DNA of 64,000 bases. Source: Peribolospora baueri. Lineage: Eukaryota. The first letter of the stretch is position 1; each line of letters opens with the position of its first letter. Shown here piece by piece: positions 39,289-49,253 of this stretch. Made by a program: the position numbers and the translations under genes. The notes under the pieces were generated by a model. It searched no databases. It was not told the DNA's origin and saw nothing but the letters and a program-made list of their open reading frames with translations. The DNA lies in the NCBI GenBank assembly GCA_029717555.1, contig JAMDHS010000038.1:1-64000 (forward strand), in the 5' to 3' direction.

Positions 39289-40970
39289 ATGTCCTCCCCA
39301 TCTCCCTCGCCCGCCCCGCCACTTGGAGCAGGAGCAGCACCGGCCACGCTCGCCCCCGTTGCGCCGTCGCCTTCGCAATCCGTCGCACCGGCGCCGAAAC
39401 CGGCGTACAAGGTCAGCACTGCTGAGGGGTTCGTCGTCGGTGCTCTCTCTGCTTGGTGAGTCGACGTCTATGTCTTTGCATTGAGTATAGCTTTGGCCGT
39501 CGGCTGTCATGGCGGAAAGGAAGGAGGGAAGGATGGCGGAAAGAAAGAAGGCGATCGACACACACCGGTGGCTGACCTTCGGCCTCGCATCATCTCCCCT
39601 TCCATGTTTGTCCCCCAGCACAGCGTACGTCCATCCTCTCCCTCTCCCGCACCTCCGTTTCGTCCCACCTCCCACCGTGCTAACACACCTACCCCTTCTT
39701 CCCCATCTCTCCCGCCACAGAGTGACAGTGACCAACCCGATGGAGGTATGCAAGACCCGATTGCAGCTCCAAGGTGAACTCGCCACCGGCGCTGGCGCCC
39801 CAGGCCAGAAGCGGCTCTATACCTCTGCTTTCGATGCCTTGTACGTATCCTCTCTGCAACTGACATCCAGTCGCTCGCACGTCTCACCCATCGATCCTCT
39901 CCACAGCGTAAAGACAGTCCGGTCAGAAGGCGCTCGTGGCATCCAACGCGGCCTCGGCGCCGCGTTCGTCTACCAAATGGCTCTCAACGGCTCCCGACTC
40001 GGCTTCTACGAGCCGTTTCGCAAGTGGATCAACAAGTACGTCGGAGGTCGGAGCGAGAAGGAGGTTTGGGCGCCTGCTGCTTTTGCGGCCGGAGCCAGTT
40101 CGGGGGTCGTTGGTGGTGAGTGGGGTCGCTCCGCCCGGTGGTCGAAGCTTGCCGACGCTCATCTCCATTCCTCCCATCGCCCACCTGCCACAGCCGTCTT
40201 CGGAAACCCGCTCTACCTCGTCAAGGCCCGCATGCAGGCCTACTCGCCCCTCCACACCATCGGCCGAACGCAGCATCACTATCGCAACGTCTTCCACGCC
40301 CTCGCCACCATCGTCCGCACCGACGGTCTCAGAGGCCTCACACGGGGCGTGGACGCGGCCATGTTGAGGACGGCGATGGGCAGCTCGGTGCAACTGCCGT
40401 CGTACAACTTCTTCAAGGCACAATTAGTCTCCCACGGTCTCTTACCCGCCGACAGCTTCTGGACTTACCTCGCGGCCAGCACCTTCTCGGGCGGATGCGT
40501 GTGCGCGGTCATGCAGCCCGCCGACACGGCGTTGACGAGGATGTACAACCAGCCTACCAAGGTGGACGGTGAGTGCGGAGGCCGTGTCGCGCTTGCTCTT
40601 GTTCTTGCTCTTGCTGCACGGCGGCGGACTGAATTTGCCGTGGTCTTGTCTTGCGCTCGTTTGCCGACCGGAAGCCAACGGCGTGTCCCGCGGAACGCTG
40701 TACAGGAACCCGATCCACTGCCTCTACCTCACCTGGAAAGCCGAGGGCGTCCGCGGTTGGTACAAGGGCAGCACGGCCCATCTTGCCAGGATCGCGCCTC
40801 ACACGGTGAGTCCCTCTTTCCTTTTCCCTATGTCTGTCGTCCTTCCTTTTCGCTGATCCGACCCCGCCCCGCCCTATGATCAACTACAACAGGTCCTCAC
40901 CCTCGTCATGAACGAAGCCTACCTGCGCTGGTACCAGAACGTCCGCTCTGGCCGGCCTTTCTTCGCATAG
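39289..40970 (+). CDS. OAC1: Mitochondrial oxaloacetate/sulfate carrier (SLC25 family), multi-exon
   Basis: GALSAC|TA|VTVTNPMEVCKTRLQLQGEL, GIQRGLGAAFVYQMALNGSRLGFYEP, NPLYLVKARMQAYSP, RTAMGSSVQLPSYN, MQPADTALTRMYNQP, WYKGSTAHLARIAPHT|VLTL. Confidence 0.95.
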
Positions 40971-41089
40971 TCCCTCCCTCCCGACACCCGGGCATGTCAT
41001 TTCGTTTGCCGACGGCCTCTGGGTTTGGGTGGAGGGAAGAGGGAGCGCCGGGGTTGGATTTTGGATTTGGATTGGGATCGGATGGCCAT

Positions 41090-41131
41090 GGATTGGATTG
41101 GATTGGATGGGATTGGATTGGATTGGATTGG
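41090..41131. repeat. (GGATT)n pentanucleotide microsatellite
   Basis: GGATTGGATTGGATTGGATGGGATTGGATT... seen directly. Confidence 0.85.
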
Positions 41132-42128
41132 AATCGGATTGCTCCGCTCCCTCTCGCTTCCTTTCGCCCCCCTTCTCCTCCCCTCCCGCTCTATGCCGTG
41201 CCGTATTCGTATCGTATCGTATCCCCCCCTCCCCCCCCCCACCTTTCCTCGCGCACGAAAATCGACTCGGCCCACACCACATCCGTACGTACGCATACGC
41301 ATATCAGGCAGTCTTTTGTCTTTGTCTTGTTTGTTTTAGAGGCGAATCGAATCGAATCGAGAGTTCGATTGGTCGTTGCATTTCAAGCCCAAGCCAAGCC
41401 AAAGTAGCCCGTCCGTCCGTCTGATCGAAGCCATCCCATCCCATCCCATCGTCTAATCAGTCAGTCAGTCAGCTGATCTGATGAGGGGTACGGACGGGCA
41501 GGCAGGGCGAGACGGGGCAGGACTTGGGACCGAGGTGGGGGTGGGGGGTGGCGGAAGGAAGGAAGGAAGGACGAGTGCGGGGTACGGAGGTGCAGAGATG
41601 GTCGACTGACACATATATGTACCCACCTTAACCTTCATTTTAGGGCGAGGAGAAGCCGCCGGCCGGAGGCGAAACCTCCGCTCCACTCCACATCGCACCG
41701 CACCTCGAGCGAGAGGTCGATAGGTCGATATAACTCAGGTCGATCGGCCTGGCCTGGCTTGAAAAGCGCGATTGGGAAAAAGCAGAAAGCGCTGCTGGAC
41801 GGCGCTTTTGGGAGAGAGAGAAAGAAAGGCGCCCGACGCCGAACGAAACGTTTCGGGCGGTCAGATTGGTGCAACGCTGGGAGGGAGGGAGGAAGCGAGT
41901 GAGAGCGCTAATGAAACTTCTTCACGTCCTACCAGACCAGAAAGACAGACAGACAGACGGACAGGCGTCGGTCAGCGCCCTTGTCGTCTCACTCCATTCA
42001 AGTCGACTCGACCGGCATGGACATGGACCTCCACACCTATTACGAGGCCTGGTCGCCCCATGCAGCCACCTTCGTCCCCCTTCATCCTCCTCGCTCTCAG
42101 TGCCGCCTGGCTCCTGCCGCATTTTACA

Positions 42129-42216
42129 TTGAGCTTCAAAGTCGACGTGCTGTTGTTGCCGGTGCTGCTGAATTGCTGTGAGCCGCTGTCGGAACTTGGC
42201 GAGCTCGTGCCCTACC
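42129..42216 (-). repeat. Left copy of a ~90-bp dispersed inverted repeat (gag-like fragment)
   Basis: Reverse complement aligns by hand to 43944..44034 with 9 mismatches in 88 positions plus one 3-nt gap. Confidence 0.85.
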
Positions 42217-42457
42217 AATATCAGAAGGGCCCTGAGAGCGGAAATTCGCGACCCGATCACAAGCAGGCTGCGGCACAGCCGCCGGCCCGCCACGTTGTCG
42301 ACGGCTGCCTTCACAATCTTCGGTCCATCTCCGTGAAATGCTACGTTGGTACGTGCCAGCTCGTCGTGGAACTTGAAGGTTTGGCTCTTCTCTGAACGGC
42401 TTGTCTCCCGCAAGCTTGCTCATGATGACAGTTAAGCAGCTCTAAATTTGTATCCCG

Positions 42458-42488
42458 ATCTTAAAGTTTATGCCATAAACTTTAAGAT
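42458..42488. repeat. Perfect AT-rich palindrome (15-bp arms, 1-nt centre)
   Basis: ATCTTAAAGTTTATG-C-CATAAACTTTAAGAT. Confidence 0.92.
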
Positions 42489-42820
42489 ATTATTTACTAG
42501 ATGTATATGGTGGAGTACCTACAACAGTAACCACATGGTTAACTATATTGTGCCTAAAATTTCCATTTTTATCTGTTGCTTTCGGGACGCAGCGCCACAT
42601 GCAGGACCATGCGCTTTCTTCTCTTCCTGCATCCCCGACAGCTTGACACACTCCCTTCTTATACCCCGCGTCGAGTCGAACCGGCCGTCGCAGCTTGCTC
42701 TCCTTCGCCAGCGCCGTCGCATCTGGCTCGCCTTGTAAGTCGAGCCCACCTCGGTCATGATTTGCCGCTCTGGCGCTTCCTTAGCCTTCGCTCCTCACGG
42801 CTTTCCTTTCGCCAGCCGCA

Positions 42821-43758
42821 ATGAAATCAAGGGCGACGAGCGCGATCATCACAGGGGTGGCGGCCGGAATGGCCTTGGCGGTGCTGCGCGCGCAAAAGGC
42901 GGCGGCGCGAGAGAAGTACGCGCTGCTCCGGGAGACCGGTATATCAGTTTCAACTACAGCTGCTCGACGGCGTTCACCGACGAGTACGAGCAGGACAACT
43001 GCGTGCTGACCAGCCTCCAGCCGTACATCTCTGTCGGCTCAGCCCTCCTGGGACTCGTCCCCGCGGCGATCGAAGCGATCGCCGGTCGACAAGCCCTTCC
43101 GGCCGGCGGACAAGTTCTCTCTTCGGTACTTGATCGCGGAGAGCATGCTTAATGTCGGTCGCCTCGTCGATTACAGGAACGAAAGGTCCCCCAAGAAGCG
43201 CAAGCTGGCCATCGCAAGGTCTTGGCCCTGCACATTGGTGGCGGCGATACCCTACCTCGGCGTCGCCGCTTACCTTTTACTGGCTCGGCTCCCAAACGTC
43301 GGTGCCGTGGAATCCTTCGGGTACCGTCTGGTACATCCTCTGGCCCGCCTTCCTCGCCTTGGTGCCCTTATTCCGATGGGTCGCTCTCAAAACCCTGGGC
43401 CTATCGTCCATCATCGGAGATCGCGCCGTCTACGTGGCCAATGTGTGCGCCAACATCCTCAACGCCATTTGCATCCTCTACGCGACCGCCGTGATGAGCT
43501 CGACCTTGTTTGGTCGACAGCCTCTGGGCACTGGTGCACATGCTCGCCATGCCGGTCTACTTCCTCATAATTGGGTTAGGCATTCAGTTGCTCAGCAAAC
43601 GGCTCGAAGGAGTTTCCTTGCTCCCAGGCGGCTCCAACGTCGCTGGAGCGGGCACGGGCACGGCCAGCAACGCCCCGGTCAACAGCCCGGCTGGTGCGGC
43701 AGTGGCCAATGGCGGCGCCGGGGGTCCAGACATCAAGATGACTCGTCAGAACGGCTAG
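42821..43758 (+). pseudogene. Intronless multi-pass membrane protein gene disrupted by about 4 frameshifts
   Basis: Consecutive hydrophobic, coding-like segments hop between frames across ORFs 42821, 42757, 43130, 43152 and 43510 with no room for introns. Confidence 0.65.
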
Positions 43759-43943
43759 GATGGCAACGGAGGCGCAGCGACGGCTACCTGTGAGTTTTTT
43801 GATTGATCGAAATGTTTCCGAGGCAGCATCTCGGGCGTTCCTTGCATATAGAGTACTGACTTTCTGGCCGGCTCTCCTCGCTCAAGGGTGGCTCGAACGT
43901 CGCCACTGCTGCCATAGGACGCTGCATCCCGTCCAATCTGCAC

Positions 43944-44135
43944 GGTAGGGCACGAGCTAGCAAAGTTCCGACAGCGGCTCACAGCAATCCAGCAGCGCTA
44001 GCGGTAACAACAACACATCGACTTCGAAGCCCAAGGGACTCGGCCCCCTGCTTCGTCTGCGCCAAGAAGGGACACTCGGCGCAGGACTGTCCCCATGAGA
44101 AGAAGCCAGGGAGTTCCCCGAGGCGTTGCTGTAAA
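43944..44135 (+). mobile_element. Degenerate retroelement gag/ORF1-like remnant with CX2CX4HX4C zinc knuckle
   Basis: 44049..44090 encodes CFVCAKKGHSAQDC, followed by a possible decayed second knuckle (RCCKRGG) and a stop; its upstream part is duplicated in inverted orientation at 42129..42216. Confidence 0.6.
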
Positions 44136-45380
44136 CGCGGTGGTACATTGTAGAGGAGAACGATGTTGTTTCCGCAATCAACGTCGTTTTCGCCTCGTCG
44201 TGCTGTGATGAACCGAAACCGAACGGCCTGCGTAGGTCGTTCCATTCGCTCGAACATCATCACCCTCCTCGGCCAGCCGGTAAAGCTCCTCCGCGGCGCT
44301 CGACGAAGGAGACTGCCGTGGTTAACTTGCAGCGCTGTTCCTCCCGCTGCCCCTTAGCGACTCGAGAGTCTGCAACGCCCTCCTGTATGCTGGCCCTCAT
44401 GGCGGTTGACTTGGTCGACCATGATGGCGGCGCACTCTTGGAAGGAAGGGGCGAACAAAGCCATGGGATCCCAAATCCTGAATCGGAGCGGCTAGGAATG
44501 GTCGCTTCCGTAACCGAGATGACGTCGTGCGTGCTCCCGTGGTCGCGACGCTCTCCTTCCCGCTCAGGGGATGCGAGTCCACACGGACCAGACCAAGCTA
44601 AGCGGCCGTCCAGAGAGTACAGAAAGGATCGTTTGCAGGTGACGCCGGTCTCGACGACTCCCCCTTCCATCCATCTCTGGATGGCATGATAGGCATCTGA
44701 GTATATATATATTTGTATTATAACTACCACGGGCCGACGCGAAAGTACGACTCGCGAGACGGCGGCGAACGAACGGCTAACTACGGGCGAGCCACTGGGC
44801 CGACTGATCCGATCCGTAAGGCGGGAAGGGAAGGGAAGGAGGACCGACGGATAGACGGACAGACGGAAAGCAGATGTACGAGCGAGCGAGCCAAACAAGA
44901 CTTGGCAAACAGGCGGGCAAAGAAAGGGCAGCAGACGCGGGGAGGGGGAGGGGGGGAGGGGGGGAAGTGGTCCAGGGGAGGCGAGGCGAGGAAGGGCAGA
45001 CGATCTCGGACCGACGAAGAAGACAAAGACGAAGACGAAAAGCGGCGAAGTGCAAAGAGGGGGGCATTAGGGCGAACGATCTACAAGTAGTGTAGGAAGA
45101 GCCGACGAAAAAACCGGGAAAAAAAAAGGCGGGGGTAGAGTGAGGCTACATATTGGACACGCGAAGAACGATGGTGTCGGGGACGAAACGCGAGCGGGAG
45201 AGTCCAAGAGCAAACGGAGCGGTTGAAGCTGGTCGGTCGAACGGTCGGCCGGACCGACGGTGGAAGGCGAAGGCGAGATTGAACGCAGAGGGGAGGGGAC
45301 GGATAGATATAGGTGCGAATTCGAACGAAAAAGTGGGACGGACGAGCGGATGACGGCCTACGACGAGCTGAAGTGAGTCG

Positions 45381-47354
45381 TCAGTCGTCGACCAAAGACC
45401 TGCGTCTGCGCATCGGCGTAACCGTACTGGGAGCCTCGCGCCGACCTCCGGCGCCGCCACGACCTGCGAGAGGCCGCCTGTTGACCTTGTTGCTCGTCCC
45501 CCCGGTGCTCCGTTCGAACGAGGACGAGGACGAGGCCACGTTCGGCGCAGGCGCAGGCGAACAGGCGGCGGGCGAATCGCTGCCGCTGGCGTTCGAAGAG
45601 GACAACGGCGACGGTGACGTGGCCGAGGCAGATGAAGCGGACGCGGACGGCAAGCTGAGCGACGACGACGACGAAGAGGAAGATGTCGACGGGGCGTTGG
45701 CGGCGAGGACGGCGTGTACACGGGCGTGCTGGTTGAGGTTATCGTGCCTACTGAACCGTTTCCTGCACCCCGGGAACGAGCATTCGAACGGCTTATCTTC
45801 GGTGTGAATGCTCTTCACATGTCGTTTCAGGTGTTCTCTCCGCTTAAAACACTTTCCGCACCCGGGCACGATGCATCGGTGAACCGTCCCACTCTTCCCC
45901 AAGTTGCTGACCAGTTCTGGGTCGCTCGGCACCCGCCGTCCGCGCGATCGCTTTGTGATCATTCCCACCCCGCCCTGGGGTGGGAAGAACGGCAGCGGGA
46001 CGACCTGCGTCGCCACAGCCCGTTTCACGGGCGACCCGGTCACCGGAGCCGCCGGCGACGACGACGACGCCGCGACCGGGCTGCTGAAGGAGGGCGAGGG
46101 TGAATCGAACGCGCCAAAGGCGGATTCCGAGAGGTTCGACGTCGATTGCGAAGCGGGCGGCGAGATGTATGCCGGGTTGCACACTTGTCCGTCTTCGTTC
46201 GCGTCGTACCCGGCCACGTCCGGAACGCCGGAGAAGACATTGGCGACGGTCATGGCGATAGCCGACTGGGCTGGGTAGTCGATGGAGCAAGGGGCAGTGA
46301 CGCAGAGGGCGGAGGCGAGCGTCGTATGCGTGTGCGACAAAGGATTCTCCGCGCCGAACGCGGGGGAAGAGGGGCCAAAATCGGGCATCATCGGGCTCGA
46401 AGCGACGTCGGCGGACAAGACGGCGGGATGGTCGAGGTCGAGCTGGTCGTGGTGGCGGAGATGATGGAGCTGGCGCTCATGGGCCAGCGGGTAGAGGCCG
46501 TGGTTGTCCGGCGTGGAGGGCAAAGAGTACATGGTCGAAGTAGGCGAGGAGAGGGGTGGCAAAGAGTGGATGGCGTCCAAGGCCTCGACGCCGGTGGCGC
46601 CCAAGAAGCCCTGAGGGATGGCAGCGCGACGAGGATGGACGAATCCGCGCGTATAGGGCGTGACGGTCGCGTTGGAGAGCGTTGACGTGCGTGAGCTAGG
46701 GCCGCGTATGGTGGCATCCAATGTCTGCAGGTGATTCGTAGCGCCGTCGACGGTGGCGACGTGGTCGGTCCCCTCATTGTCGTGGCCGTCAGAGAGGAAC
46801 TCTGCAAGGTTGAACGGCTGCTGGATCTGCTGGACGGCCGTCGGAGACATGGGCTCGGACGTGTGAAGGAAGACGTCGGAGGCGGTGGCGCTGCCGAGCT
46901 CGCCCATGCCGAGGGCGCCGAACATCTCCTCTGCCTCGGTGAGGGACCGACTGGGCGAGCTCATCGCCACGCCACCCATCCAAGACGCCACGTCGTTGCC
47001 GCTTATCGAGCTGCCCGCCTCGGTATCGGCCTCGGACGCGGACGCGGATGGTGCGGAACTGCTGCCGACGGAGGAGGCAAGGGAGAGACGATTGGCGCTC
47101 CATTTGCGGTTCTTGCTCAATACGAAAAGGTCGTCCTCGGGCACGTCGTCGCCGAAGCCGATGACGCTTTGAGATGCAGAGCCGTTGCCTGTCTGGCCGT
47201 CGAGATCGAAGATGGTGGCGTTGGGGTCGGAGAGGGCGAAGGAGGAGAAGTAGCCGTGAGAGAGACTGGTGGACGGGTCCATGTTGTCGGGGGAGATAGC
47301 GGCGCTGGCGGGGAGAGAGGGCATGACGGACGGGTAATTTATGTCGTCGTCCAT
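45381..47354 (-). CDS. C2H2 zinc-finger transcription factor, Msn2/Msn4/Seb1-like
   Basis: HRCIVPGCGKCFKRREHLKRHVKSIHTEDKPFECSFPGCRKRFSRHDNLNQHARVH near the C-terminus; acidic/Ser-rich N-terminus. Start placed at MDDDINY (47354); an upstream donor near 47732 suggests a further 5' exon. Confidence 0.88.
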   Translation of the reverse strand: MDDDINYPSVMPSLPASAAISPDNMDPSTSLSHGYFSSFALSDPNATIFDLDGQTGNGSASQSVIGFGDDVPEDDLFVLSKNRKWSANRLSLASSVGSSSAPSASASEADTEAGSSISGNDVASWMGGVAMSSPSRSLTEAEEMFGALGMGELGSATASDVFLHTSEPMSPTAVQQIQQPFNLAEFLSDGHDNEGTDHVATVDGATNHLQTLDATIRGPSSRTSTLSNATVTPYTRGFVHPRRAAIPQGFLGATGVEALDAIHSLPPLSSPTSTMYSLPSTPDNHGLYPLAHERQLHHLRHHDQLDLDHPAVLSADVASSPMMPDFGPSSPAFGAENPLSHTHTTLASALCVTAPCSIDYPAQSAIAMTVANVFSGVPDVAGYDANEDGQVCNPAYISPPASQSTSNLSESAFGAFDSPSPSFSSPVAASSSSPAAPVTGSPVKRAVATQVVPLPFFPPQGGVGMITKRSRGRRVPSDPELVSNLGKSGTVHRCIVPGCGKCFKRREHLKRHVKSIHTEDKPFECSFPGCRKRFSRHDNLNQHARVHAVLAANAPSTSSSSSSSSLSLPSASASSASATSPSPLSSSNASGSDSPAACSPAPAPNVASSSSSFERSTGGTSNKVNRRPLAGRGGAGGRREAPSTVTPMRRRRSLVDD

Positions 47355-49208
47355 GATGAGGAGCAGGTCTTGAAGCGAGAGAGGGTGGTTGTCCCCACCG
47401 ACGAGAGGTTCACTTGGCGGTGGGGTGGGGTCTATTTGGCAGCGTCGCCTACGTGAGCGTTTAGGTGCGAAGGGGAGACGGCAGGTGCGTGCGACGTAGT
47501 GACGTCGGTCGAGGCCGTTTGCGAAAGCGCACATAGGCCGGGGAGTGAGTGCGGAGGAGGCGGAGGCACACGAGAAGCGTACGACAGGCGGGTCGGCGAC
47601 GGCAGAGCGCAAACAACAGGGCGAGGAGAGGAAATGGGGGTTGACGACGTGAACGTCGATCCAGTCAAACAAAACAGAGATCAGCTAGCTACCATCGGCC
47701 GGCTGCACTGAGCGTGAGCGGGCGGGCTCACCTGGTGTGGACAATCGCGCGCTCAGGGTGAAGAGAGGATGGACGGAGTGTCCGGAGGGTCGTAACAGAG
47801 GTGAAGATGGCCGAGGCAGCAAAGGTCGTTAAAGGTCGTTAGGGGGACGAGGCGGGGTCGGATGTGATGGGCGATCGGGGAAAGGAGCGGGATGGGTGGG
47901 TGGGAGAGGTGGAAGCGATGGCGAGCTTTTGGTCGTCACAGTTCGTGGCTGGGTCGTTCTGTTGTCGTCGCGCGTCCGTCGTCCGTCCGTCCATCCGTCG
48001 ATGTTGATGTCCATCCATCGATGTCCATGTCCATGTCCATGTGTCCATGCGGAGAGAAAAGGGGGGCGGGAGAGGTGAGCGAGGAGGGCGAGAGAGCGCC
48101 GGTGGAGAGGAGCACGGCTGGGAACGAGCGCGGACATCGGTGGCGGCGGAACGAACGAGCGTCGCACGGCAACGCAGAGCGACGGGCGCACAAGAAAAAA
48201 AGAAAGAAAAAAGAGCAGCGAACGGCGAACGGCGACGACGGTCAACATAGCCGATACCATCCCACCCATCCCATCCGCCCATCCATCCAGCTATCAATCC
48301 GCCGTCGATTCACATGCACAATCCGAATCCTGACCCCGACCGGGGGAGCTCGGCGGACACTCGACTCGGCCCAGGTCAGCGGATCGGGGCAGGCACAGAG
48401 AGAGGGATGGAGGGGGGAAAGAGGTGGGGACGAGGGCAGGACAGGGCAAGGCAAGAGACAAGACGAGACAAGACAAGGCAAGGCAAGACAAGGCAAGGCA
48501 AGGCAAAGGCGGGGCGGGGCACGGACGAGCATACCTCGCCCTCACGCCCGATCCACCGAGGCACGCCGTCCAGTCCAGACAGAGGGAAGGAAGGGGGCCA
48601 TGTCTGTGCCTTGCACCGAACCGGGCATGCACACGTAGACAGACACAGAACAAGGGACGACAAGACAAGACAAGACAGAACAGAACAGAGAGGGACGACG
48701 ATCGAGCTAGCTAGCTACGTTCATGTGCGGGAAGGGGAAAGGCGGGCAGGGCAGGGCAGCAAGACTCACACTGGTCGTGGCAGAGGTCGTCACGAGAAGC
48801 TGGCTCGTGTGTCCGTGAAGCGCGGAGTGTCCTGATGGACGGGGAGCGAGGGAAAAGACGGTGGTGGTGGTAGTGGATGAGGAGACTGACGATCCGGGAT
48901 CATCGATGATGGTTACAACCGAGCCGAGCTGAGTGCGCCCGTGATCTGCGGCCGCCTCGCCTTGCCTTGGCTCACGCCGTCGGCATCGGCTGATCGGCGG
49001 CGGAGGGGATATAGAGACGACAGAGACGGGCAGACAAGATAGACAAGACAGACAGATGATAGACGGACAGACAAATGATGATGACGACCTCGACTCGACC
49101 ACCACCTCCCCGCCTCTCCTCTCCGCCTACCCCGCCGCTCTCTTTTCACCTTGACCCACCCCTCCACTTGCGTCAACGTCCGCCGCCGCCGCCGCCGTTT
49201 GTCATTAC

Positions 49209-49253
49209 CACTGCCGCTGCCACTGCCACTGCCACTGCCACTGCCACTGCCAC
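49209..49253. repeat. (GCCACT)n hexanucleotide repeat
   Basis: CACTGCCGCTGCCACTGCCACTGCCACTGCC... seen directly. Confidence 0.85.

Noticed and set aside
42458..42500. Firm Helitron call for the palindrome plus CTAG
   Set aside because: The hairpin is AT-rich, CTAG is followed by A rather than T, and I found no Rep/helicase or 5' TC end; kept only as a hypothesis.
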